64,000 bases of DNA from Epithemia pelagica (Eukaryota > Protista > Bacillariophyta), in the NCBI GenBank assembly GCA_946965045.2, contig OX337236.1, positions 1,674,001-1,738,000 of the forward strand, written 5' to 3'. A model generated the notes under the pieces. It saw nothing but the letters and a program-made list of their open reading frames with translations, was not told the DNA's origin and searched no databases. Shown piece by piece: positions 12,833-23,188 of this stretch. Position numbers and translations under genes: made by a program. How positions within the stretch are numbered: position 1 is the first letter of the stretch; every line of letters starts with the position of its first letter.

Positions 12833-14182
12833 GTGGGAAGGGGGATGTATCAGTCCGCTGGTTACGACACATTTCCACCATTGCCATTTCCCTCAGCCAC
12901 CTGTTTCATAATGCCCCGGTTTAACAGAGTTCCAACTGAATCTTTTGAGACCTTGGATGATCCTACCAGCGACACTCTTTCGTCATATCATGATGGGAGA
13001 GCTCTTGCTGACGAAGGAAGGCGAAGTACTTTGGCGGATCACCGCTTTTGGCAAATGATACAGGAAAGACGATCGATATCTGTAACGGAGCATGAGAGCT
13101 TTTCGAACTTTCGATCAAAGTACTGGGTTGCTCTTTGCTTTGGACAATGCATCGCAATCCTCGCTGCGAGCACCAACGCGGCATCATTCTCTCTATCGAG
13201 TCGATACGGAGTGAATACTCAATTCTTTCAAATGTTCTTAATGTACATATTGCTTTCCTTTCATCTGATGTGGAAAAGACCACACGAGGCTTCGCCTATG
13301 ATGAACGATCAAGAAGATATGAATGCGATGGATGAGACTGATCACAAGTTGCCTTTCACAAATATTAGATTGAGAGTACCTTGGTGGATCTATCTGATCA
13401 TGTCTTTTCTTGATGTCTTCCCAAATTATCTTGCTCTTTTCTCGTATCACTACACATCCTTGACCAGCACTACACTACTTGGATCACTTGCCACTCCTGC
13501 CACTATGTTGTTCTCAAAGTATATCCTTGCCCGGGTATACCGAGGTCACCATTTTTTTGGAGTTGGTATGTGCTTACTCGGTGGAAGCATCACAATATGG
13601 TCGGACTTTGATGGAGCAACTTCCAAGGCTCATTCATATATCGGCGATGTTCTCGCGGTTGTAGCCGCTATGATGTATGGATTCGGGGATACAGCAGCAG
13701 AATTCTTTGTGAAACATGTGGATCGCTTCGAATACGTGGGAATGCTAGGACTGTTTGGAACAATCTTCACTGGATTAAGCTTCCCGTTTTTTGAGGTATC
13801 AGAACTTGTCCGCATAAGCGAAATGGGTGGCTCCGACAAATTGAAAGTTTGTTCAGTGATGGTTTGGTACGTCTTGTCGGTTTTGTCGTACTACATCACA
13901 GAAGCCAAGTTCTTGCAGACGTCTGATGCAACGTTGCTAAACCTGTCGTTACAAGCAATGAATATATGGGCAGTTTTGTTTGCTGTTGTTGTCGATCACG
14001 ATTTTCCCTCAGTTCCATTTTACATGGCTCTTATGTTGGTGGTGGGTGGAGTTTTCTTGTACGAACTAGGAGGTCTACTTCGAAGAGATTGTTCTTTGTG
14101 CAGTGAAAAGGAAGTGGTAACACAAATTCATGACGACTCCATGGATAGAATAGAAGGATCAAGATCGAATAATTTAGACTAA
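12833..14182 (+). CDS. SLC35F1/F2-type (DUF914) drug/metabolite-superfamily solute transporter; start may be ATG 12911
   Basis: About 10 hydrophobic helices; motifs ALCFGQCIAILAASTNAAS, DVFPNYLALFSYHYTSLTS, YIGDVLAVVAAMMYG, EFFVK, SDATLLNLSL typical of SLC35F. Confidence 0.8.
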   Translation: MGRGMYQSAGYDTFPPLPFPSATCFIMPRFNRVPTESFETLDDPTSDTLSSYHDGRALADEGRRSTLADHRFWQMIQERRSISVTEHESFSNFRSKYWVALCFGQCIAILAASTNAASFSLSSRYGVNTQFFQMFLMYILLSFHLMWKRPHEASPMMNDQEDMNAMDETDHKLPFTNIRLRVPWWIYLIMSFLDVFPNYLALFSYHYTSLTSTTLLGSLATPATMLFSKYILARVYRGHHFFGVGMCLLGGSITIWSDFDGATSKAHSYIGDVLAVVAAMMYGFGDTAAEFFVKHVDRFEYVGMLGLFGTIFTGLSFPFFEVSELVRISEMGGSDKLKVCSVMVWYVLSVLSYYITEAKFLQTSDATLLNLSLQAMNIWAVLFAVVVDHDFPSVPFYMALMLVVGGVFLYELGGLLRRDCSLCSEKEVVTQIHDDSMDRIEGSRSNNLD

Positions 14183-14314
14183 ATTAGAGCAATTGAGCAA
14201 TCGATCAAAACATCTGTTTCTCCCGCGTTCATGCCATGTCGAGAGTCGAGATTGATAGCTGTTTCACAAGAGCCAGTGCACGGCCCCCCAAGACGAAACG
14301 CCCTGTCTTGACGC

Positions 14315-14881
14315 CTAGTTGAGCGCGTAACCTGACAGAAACAAAAGGAAGAATAGTCCAAGACCTCCAAAAATCGCCAGGTTCTTTTGACCTGACGTCC
14401 AACTGTTGGTTCCGAATCCGTAGCCTTGGTTAACCTCAAATCCAGGGATCTCTTCAACGATCTCTTCGAACGAATCCTTGGAAGCTCGGCATACAGGACA
14501 GCGCCAGTTGCTTGGCAATTCTGAAAATGGGGTTCCTGGTTGAATCATTCCTCCAATCATCATCGAATCCCCTGTTTGCTCGTCGTACTCCCAGTCACAA
14601 TTGGTGCACTTGTGCTTTCCTGTGGATTTCTTCATGAAAACTTCTTGCGCACGTAGCTCTTCAGCTCGTTTTGACTTCTCCAGAGCTTTGCGTGTTTCTT
14701 CGTCCATCATTGCTTCCTCCATTGGGTCAACTGTTGCTGGTGAAGATTCACTGTCGGAGCTGCCCTCGCTGGAAAAGCGCCGTGAACCAGAGACAAACGT
14801 CCTCGTGGAAAAGGCTCCAGACGGGACAACAAACCCATTGACTGCTGAGCAAAGGATCATAAAGATAAGAAGGGACTTCAT
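14315..14881 (-). CDS. RBD1: Plastid-targeted rubredoxin with C-terminal TM anchor (RBD1/RubA type)
   Basis: CTNC...CPVC rubredoxin knuckles with PGTPFSELPSNWRCPVC; C-terminal GQKNLAIFGGLGLFFLLFLSGY helix; bipartite presequence MKSLLIFMILCSAVNG-FVVP from ATG 14881. Confidence 0.88.
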   Translation of the reverse strand: MKSLLIFMILCSAVNGFVVPSGAFSTRTFVSGSRRFSSEGSSDSESSPATVDPMEEAMMDEETRKALEKSKRAEELRAQEVFMKKSTGKHKCTNCDWEYDEQTGDSMMIGGMIQPGTPFSELPSNWRCPVCRASKDSFEEIVEEIPGFEVNQGYGFGTNSWTSGQKNLAIFGGLGLFFLLFLSGYALN

Positions 14882-15212
14882 ATTGTTTGATTGCCTGACA
14901 ATAAGAATCTTTGTCATTAAATTATACTTGCACCCAAGGGGTATGTTGTTGTGTCCTTTCGTGTCATGACATCAATCCCCGAGCTGGTTTGGTGCGTGGT
15001 TTATGCGAGTGTGAGTCCGAAAAGCCAAGCGGGACTGGCGTGGCACGACGCCTTAAGCGACCAGTCACCCGGGATCGAACTAGGGTGTATATAGAAGTCC
15101 CATTCTGGAAAGGCGTCGCTACGTAGGAGTACACTCTTTTTCGCGTGGAGACAAAACAGAAGTGATCATATATCGACTTCTATCATGGCTGTAAGAATGA
15201 AGATGCGCAATT

Positions 15213-17259
15213 TTAATAACAAGCTCTACTCTCAAGAAAAGCCCAAATGCGTTGGTTCTTTGCTTCTTGTGTCAGGCAATTTCTCAGCTCCTCTACCAGA
15301 AGTTCCGTTGAAACAGGAGGCGGGAGTGGTGAGGTGGGAAGTGGAGATGCCACGGAATCCATGTCGGCGGTGTTACTGCCGAATCCCATTGTTGTAAAAT
15401 TCCGCACATTTCGACCTGGAGTTGAATCTCTTCCACCAGGACTGTGTCGGACAAGAGAAGGTAAGTTCTCACATGCCACTCCAAGTCTGGGTAAATGCAG
15501 GTAAGCGTCCAATCCATATCCTTCCATGCTCTTTAATGTCAGCTCGCCACCTAAATACCGTGCATAAATTCGACAAAGCGGCTGCCGGAAAAACCACAAA
15601 ATGAAATATGAGGTCCATCCAAACTTTCCAGTCAAGAAACGGCGAATGAGAGCGGCCACAGGCATTACTTACCAGACCAAATCCTCGGATTCTTGTTCCG
15701 GACAGACTGTCCATGCCAAACTCGGAAGAGTTCTCTTCCTTGTCGGCAGTTGAGTGCGCAAACTTCCAAATTTTGGCCATGCGACTGCGCGGAATACCAC
15801 CACCCTTATCGGCAACCTTTATTGTCACGTCTTCGTCTCCTTTCACCACAACGACACGAATAGGAGGCAACGTGGCTCCTGATATCCTCGCAAGAGATCC
15901 CATGGCGAAGGCGGACCGTCCATCGGCCTGGTCAAAATCGGCTCCCAGACAGTTTCTCACAGTGGACCGACAAGAGTTTTTGAGCAGTTCACCCATCATG
16001 TAATGAAGATGATTGGGGATGTATGTAAAATCTCCCGTATTCTTCTTGTCTATACAATCAACGACTTCAATTTCTGGTGAGTCTCCGTAAAAGTCTTTGG
16101 TCTGTTGCACAACCATGTCAGCAACCCGTTTTATCTCCTTGACCAAGTCGACATTTGAATGGATACAACCAGAGTGGTTGTCTCCCTCATCCGGAAACAT
16201 GTAAGTCACTCGTTTGAGAGCTTTGGCACATTCGCGATGACTCGACAAAACGTGATGCTCAATCAACAAGCGAAGTCCAACATGAGCCGTAAAAAAGCGA
16301 TATAACGCACTTTCCATTTCTTGCAACCGATCGGTGTCCAGGTCTCTTCTGGCTTCACTCCAGTCAACAAGTCCCTGCGAAATGGCCTTTGGAATGTAGC
16401 TCCGATCGATCGCCAGCGACTGCAACATGTCGGTGAATCGTTCGTCGTCCTGGTACGTTTGGGGTACTGGCATTGAGAGAAGGTTATGAAGCTTTCGAAT
16501 ATAGGCACAAGTGACTTGTTGAATGTGAGCGGCATCGGACAACCCATTTGGCAGTGTCAACAGGTCCACCGCACGTTGTGCCACTCGTATTGGCAGTTCT
16601 CGATGTAAAAATTGAGCGTTGCGCAGCCTCTGTGCCTTGTGCACCGTTGTGGCATATTTGTACATATCAGAAAGTTTCAACGGTGAGGGAGGGCATGCGG
16701 CCAAATCATACAAATCCGCCTTTTTCATCCCCAAGGACTCAAACAAGACGTCTGGATCAGACTCGTCGTCGAGGACGTCGTTTCTTCGGTCGGCCATGTT
16801 GGATGCCGTCGCTGTGGATGCTTCCAGGTCGGGTACGACAGAGGAAGTGGCGAATCGGCGAACCTGCCACAGATATGAAATTCTTGGTTTGGTATGAGAG
16901 GACGACACAATCCCTCGTGAGAATGGACGCGATGTTCCAGACGGTCGACTCGAGCGGTAGAACGAGGTTCTCGATGCCAGTCCAGAGGCCGAGGAGACAT
17001 TTCGAGACAACAAGAGACTACATGGGGTGGACCTACTCCGATATACCATGACTCGAGACTGCATGTTTCCAACTGTTTGAAAGACCGATAAATCTGTGAT
17101 CGATCGGCCCTTCCTCACTACTTCAACACCAGAAATGGTGAAATCAGAAGGATTCGGGTTTACGAATGGAAGCAGACCAATGAATAGGAGTCGAACAATT
17201 GGTGATGATGGGTGATGGCTTTGGTTTGCGTTGTTGGCGTCTGGATTGTTGCGCATCAT
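15213..17259 (-). CDS. PDK: Mitochondrial pyruvate dehydrogenase kinase-like (GHKL) kinase; intron 15582-15672; true start may be 17064
   Basis: FLHRELPIRVAQR; N-box ELLKNS; G1 box DKGGGIP; G2 box GFGL|PLCRIYARYLGG restored by a 91-nt GT-AG intron; final GYGLDAYL motif; R/S-rich N-terminus. Confidence 0.88.
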
Positions 17260-18057
17260 GAAAACATGTCTCGGTCTCCCCAGAATTCATCGCTTGATAC
17301 CAATCTCCATCGGTACTTCATCATAATTTAAGGAAATGGATTATGCAATATTTCAGTTATCGACCGATAGGAAATTCAGAACCCAGTCGCCTGTGAAGAA
17401 TTCTGTGACATCAGCTGGACACATCGACAAAGGCAACGTGGCCCACGACAACCAACGACGTCGCGCGCGTTCGCTTTGCGCAAGGCCCAAGGCTCATAGC
17501 CGTCACGTTTCGCGACCAACGCATCTGCCGTTGTAGTTCTCCGCATGTTCAATACGACCACTTCGGCAAAACCTGCTGGCGTGCTGGCTGGCTCTCATCG
17601 AGTACCGGTTATCAGAAACAATGATTTTACTTTGGAAATTTGTATACTTCCCATATTTGTTAAATATAAGACCCCGAAAATCATTGGATACCTAGACTAT
17701 GCTCTATAGCGTTCTTTAACTAAACATAACTCCACCAATAGTCCACCGTTTTGTACCAACCAAGTTAGCAGGACCTTGTATTTACTCTTACTGAGGTCCC
17801 ACTATCCCTACCGGAATTTTTTATCGGTTTTTCATGAAGCAACGACCGATCCAAAACAACAGCCCTTATCTGGTCGTCGAAATTTTGCTCATAATGTGTG
17901 ACGTGAATGTTTGGAGCTCTCGGCTTCCTTTTTTTAGTATAAAAATTATACATCTACGAAAAGACCATAATAGAATAGTCGCACATGAATCGTCCTCTCC
18001 TCAAGCTCCCGATTGGCAGCAGTTGTGGTGCATCTCGAATGAGGTTACTTGACGACC

Positions 18058-21000
18058 ATGCCATCTTCACCTCCACGGCTTCGACGCTCTAAGAGAAAGA
18101 ATGCAGTCCTTACAGGGCAGACACTCTCTCCTAACAAGCAAACGAGAGCCTCTCGAAGGGAGTCTTCTGTTGACTGTGATCAAAACTCTACTGAGATGGC
18201 ACGAATTGCCAAGATTTGTCTCGACTTTCAAGACAGCGAGTTCAAGCCGTGTTCTGTTTTTGGGATGGAGCGAGAGAAACGATACAAGGATTACAAATTC
18301 TGTCGGAATTGTCGGAGAGCAGACGACATGGAAACAAGCAAACCTCAACTGAACATCAACCGGAAAAATCCCGATGGAAAGTATTTCTGTACGGCGAACC
18401 ACACCAACTTCATTCATCCAACACACCGAGAGCCTGTCAAACGTACATACGAAGTTGTTGCCAGAAGATATCACCCAAAGCGTAAGGATGATAGCACTGA
18501 TGACACAACGCTCACAACGCAATCAAGTGCAGCTCTACTTACTAATCTGAATGAGTCTTTGGATCCTTTGACCAATCCCCCAAATGACAGCACTAACACC
18601 ATCTCTCATGAATCGACCGAGTCCTCACAACAAGATCTCTTCAGTGATTCCATTCCCGGGGATCAACCTCAAGAGGAACTAGCTGACGTTACTTTTTACG
18701 ACGATGAAAAAGAAACAGAGCAACCCTGGACTGAGAGAACAGATCTTTCCCAGATCAGTTACGATCCAGTATTCCAAGAGCCTCCTCCAGGCATCCCGTT
18801 AGGTCCACAAGAGCACACAGCAAGCAATGATACAAGATCCCCTGTTCAAGATTCCGTAGAAAACCCCCTCGAAGTGTCGTTTGATGAGTCCGTTATCATG
18901 GAAGACCAGCAATCTGTCTCTCAAGATCAGTCACCTCGGATGAATACTCTGATGACTACCCCATGCCTTGATGAAAGGAGAACTCATGAGTACATGTCCC
19001 AGCAAATCAACCACTCAGTAGCACACCATAGACGTAACATAGATACTTACACTGGCGAAATTGTTGACAACTTGAGATACCAACTGAGACAAGGACAAGA
19101 AGACCTTCGCCAATGCAAAGCAGAGTTGGACGAAATTCGCCAAAAGTGTGCGAACTTGACTAAACAAGTGACGTACTGGAAGGATAAAGTGGATAACGAC
19201 ATCACTGTGGGTCTCCCCAAGACGTGTGGCAATCGCAAAAACGCCCTACAATGTGTCAAGTTCATTGACCATTTCATCCGACAACGCATTGCCAATCTCT
19301 CCAAAAGCAATGAGGGCATAAAAATTCTGGTGACCGAGCTCACCAAATTCCTCCTTGATGAAACAATCAAAGAGGGTGAGGTGAAGAAGCATGCGTATGA
19401 GGTATTTCGCCATTACGTTCGGACTCATGTGTTCACACCATTTGCGATCCTCTCGAAGATGGACATGGCTGGAGGTCCTTTGAACTATCACTGCCTGGAG
19501 ATTCTGCGATCAGTTGAAACGAATGGAGTTAGCTACATGCGAACCCTGATTCCCAGTTCAACTGCAGTACAAAAGGTGGCTGCCTTGCTTGAGAAGTATG
19601 CCCAAAGACTGTTCCCTTACCGAATGATCGAAAACAAGCAAGATGGTGCTGAAGGGTTTGCGTTCCGTGGTCCTGACGTTCTAGTACATATGTACAGACT
19701 TGGTAATGTCTTGACCAGTGACGCTTTATCTCGGCCGATTGGTGCGGCAGTGACCATGGACGGGGCAAAATTCTCAAACAATCTTACTCATACAACAGGC
19801 GGATACAAGTTCACGGACATTTCTAATCCGTTCAAGACCCAAAGCAGTAACAGTTGCTGGCCTGTTGTATGTGTATGTGCCCAAGAGTGTAGCAGTCTAC
19901 TTCAAAATGGGTTTGCGGGGATGATTCAAGAGTGTCGAGAAGCTGGGACGACAGTTCTGCCCAATAAGTTTGGCACTAAAAAGTCCAATGCAGCTCTGAA
20001 CTTTGACCTTGGGGGGGGGGGGGGGGGGGGGGGGAATGGAAGCTTGGGGAACGCGGTGGAGCAACAGGTGTGGTCAAATGTCCCTGTACCAAGTGTGCCG
20101 TAACAAGCAAAGACATTCATATGCCCACTAAGCTCGCAGAGTTGTGTCCTTGGTGTATCCAGTTGGGCCATACTCAGAAAGAGAACTGGTTGTGCCGGCA
20201 CCACCCAATGTGTACGCAGACTCAACTCAATGAACTGCAATCTACCATAGATGAGTACGAGAAGTACATGCCAAAGGTAATGGGACAACTTGAAGACCTG
20301 TGGAAGAAGTGTAAACTGCACTTAACAGAGGATCCAAGAATGGTCCCTACACAGATACAGAGTGTGTCCTTAGAGTCAATCCATTTTGATATCAATTTGG
20401 AGTCGAATGCAAATAGAAGAATGGCCTACAGTCGGAATGTTACACATGACTTGAAGGAGAGGGAAATGGATATAACAGGGTCTCTCGAGATGAGACAATC
20501 AAGGTTACGGATACAACACATTAGGGAGTGGGTCTACAGCAGGGCTGCCCACTCTGTCAAGGAATTCAAGAAGGGTACACACTCACATTCCGCCGTGGTC
20601 ATGATAATGGACACAGTCCCATGCATTCTCCATATGGAGAATCGTATGGGACTCAAGATTTTGACTACGTGCCTACGTATTGGATTGGCCAACGCAAAGT
20701 CAAATGTCTTGACCTGGATCAAGGAACACGCCCGACCTTCGGAAGATCGGCGGTGCAACTCATTTGTCCGAGCAGTGGCAGCCCTTGTCAATACTCAAGT
20801 ACTGGGCTCCAAAGTTCTTCCGACCCAGTGGGAAATTCCGTACGACAAAACCAAGAAAGAGGTGGCAACTATCTGTATGCACAATGTCCGTATCAGGAAG
20901 GTTATACAGAAATTGGATCTCTTAATTGACGTGTGTATAGTTGACGTGGACAAGAGAGCAACATGATAGTCATGTATTGAGAGTTACCGACAATCAATGA

Positions 21001-21700
21001 AGATATTGAATACCAAGCGTGACCTAACAGATGACGAAATCTGGTCCTACCAACGCCATGCTGATGAGTTTTTTGCCGAATGGGTGGACCTCCATGGTAA
21101 GAATGGTGTGACAAACTATTGCCATATGATAGACGCAGGTCACATCATGGAGTACCTGCTGTATTGGAAAAATCTAACAAAGCATGCTCAACAAGGATGG
21201 GAAGGTATGTACATTTAGAGCAATTCTATGAGTGCTGTTGAATCACGTTGTTCTTATCTTGGCAGTATATCAGCTTTCAACAGTGTGTTTAAGCGTTTTT
21301 TTACACACGAACTCAAAGAGGGGGGGCCAAGTCAGGAGATGGGAAAAGGAGTTGTTTGGAACCTATCGCAAAGTGGCTGCAACGAAGAATGATCATCTCG
21401 CAGGGTATTGGGCTGGAGGCCATTCAAGCTGCAATGTTGGAGGATGAAGAAACCATACTGGAAGAGACTGCCAGTTGGATTCGGAATAGTGGTGGTACAT
21501 GGGAATATTCTATTCCCATCAATGGAGATACGGATGCTTGCCACTGGAAATTTCAGGATGAGCATACCAGAGAAGAGGAGAGTGCAGCTCTTGTGTCCAT
21601 TGAGTCCTTGCTTCATGACTTGGAAGATGATATTGAAGACGAACTTGATGACGAAGTGAATAGAAGCAGTGATGAGGAGAATGTGGATACTAACTTATAG
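18058..21700 (+). pseudogene. Degenerate RAG1/Transib-like DDE transposase; frameshifts at G24 (20011-20034) and T7 (21296-21302), stops TGA-TAG at 20964-20969, intron 21205-21273
   Basis: Four ORF pieces join into a protein with RAG1-core motifs in the RAG1 order: TMDG, NSCWPVVCVCAQE, NFD...CxxC, DTVPCILH, MHNVRIRK, TNYCHMIDAGH, QGWEAFNSVFKRF. See findings. Confidence 0.8.
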
Positions 21701-21703
21701 AGC

Positions 21704-23188
21704 TTACGAGTATTTTCTAATGGCAGTAGTAATGAAATCCATATCGTTGGTACTGAACTCATCTTGAAACTCAGGAGATTTTGTTGCATCGTATTTGCTT
21801 CCACCAATTGGACGAAAAGTTACAGTCGCTGGATTCGCAGAGGTGGGCGATACACCAACTATTTCCATTACAGTCCCATCATCCTCAAACAAATCTCCAA
21901 CATGGACTCTTGGAGAATTGTCCTCATTGGATGGCTCAACATTTGGCCCATCATGGAGGCACTGGCCTTCGAGGATTCGTTGCAGGTGTCTGGTTGGTGC
22001 AGGGAAGCGGAGTCCACCTGTTCTTGTGACTTGATAACGATATCTCTGATAGCATACAGTAATTTGGGCTCCATAAGGATTAAAAGCAATATCAATCCTC
22101 TGCCCAGTGCATCTTCGTTTAAATGGAGGAAGTTCACTACCACTGGGTAGTCCACGTACAAAGGTTATGTGGTGCCCGCGTTGAAGTGGAATCCCCAACC
22201 GGCCATCTGCCAGCGTTGGTCTCCGCTCGGACAATCCATAAGTGACTGCAAATCCAAGAACAGTACGGAGAACTTGTAGGTCTTTTTGTGTCTGGAATCG
22301 AAGAATTCCACCTTGGAATGTCAACTTAAGCTTTCGTCGTGCAAGTGAGGGGTCTATATCAATGTAAGAGTCTGACATTGTGAAAGAATGAGTGAGAAAC
22401 GTGTCAATCTTGCCAGAGAAAATCATATTTATATACGTAATTGTTTCCGGTGGAACATGGCCGATCAATTGTGATGAAACATCTTGGGTGTCAGCTTGTC
22501 CACCCTGTTTGTTCAGAATTTTCACGATTGTCTTCCGAATTATCATCAGTCCAGACCAAATTGAGGCGTGCAAGCATCTTGGAGGGGTTACAAAATGACG
22601 TAGTTGCTGCCTTGCTGGATGTTCGGTTGGAAAACAAATTCCATGCTTGGTGGGAAATGATGATAGGACTCTCAGTGGAGGCGATTCGCTAGAAACAATT
22701 GTTTCTCTGAAGCGAACAAAAAACACATTCTTCACACCGTAGGACCAATTGTTCTTGGGTAGGAAGAATTCTTGGAGCGTGAAAACAAATGCTGGGAACT
22801 TCAAGGAAAGTGAAGAGCCAGCAGGGGTAGTATTGCATTCAACTGTTACAGATGATTCGTACAATTCGATGTTGTGCATTCCATGGAGAGGTTCGTTGGA
22901 ATGTTGAGGCGGAAGAGGATGACACAGCAGCTTCTTGGAGGGGAGCAAAGGGAAAAATAGGCGTAGAGTTACCCCGTTGTCGTTGTTACGGGATTCGATA
23001 CGGCCGATGGTGGTAGTGCCTTCATCTTGATTCGGCAGATGCACATGTGAAAAACTGCCAATCCGAAAATGATCATCCAGTTCGGGCACATAAATGGGTG
23101 CCTCATTCACTTGTGGCTCAATGAAGTCCCTTGATGCCATGTTCAAATGATAGTTGCGGATGAAGGTCGTTGTTCGACGCAATGACAA
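21704..23188 (-). CDS. Uncharacterised 478-494 aa protein convergent with the RAG1-like gene; possible N-terminal BAH-like domain; first ATG 23140
   Basis: Long intact ORF with globular composition; its stop codon is 3 bp from the RAG1-like stop codon. Confidence 0.75.
   Translation of the reverse strand: MSLRRTTTFIRNYHLNMASRDFIEPQVNEAPIYVPELDDHFRIGSFSHVHLPNQDEGTTTIGRIESRNNDNGVTLRLFFPLLPSKKLLCHPLPPQHSNEPLHGMHNIELYESSVTVECNTTPAGSSLSLKFPAFVFTLQEFFLPKNNWSYGVKNVFFVRFRETIVSSESPPLRVLSSFPTKHGICFPTEHPARQQLRHFVTPPRCLHASIWSGLMIIRKTIVKILNKQGGQADTQDVSSQLIGHVPPETITYINMIFSGKIDTFLTHSFTMSDSYIDIDPSLARRKLKLTFQGGILRFQTQKDLQVLRTVLGFAVTYGLSERRPTLADGRLGIPLQRGHHITFVRGLPSGSELPPFKRRCTGQRIDIAFNPYGAQITVCYQRYRYQVTRTGGLRFPAPTRHLQRILEGQCLHDGPNVEPSNEDNSPRVHVGDLFEDDGTVMEIVGVSPTSANPATVTFRPIGGSKYDATKSPEFQDEFSTNDMDFITTAIRKYS

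Noticed and set aside
21704-23188. Calling the convergent partner RAG2
   Set aside because: No kelch-repeat GG/W pattern and no PHD Cys/His pattern; only the gene orientation is RAG-like.
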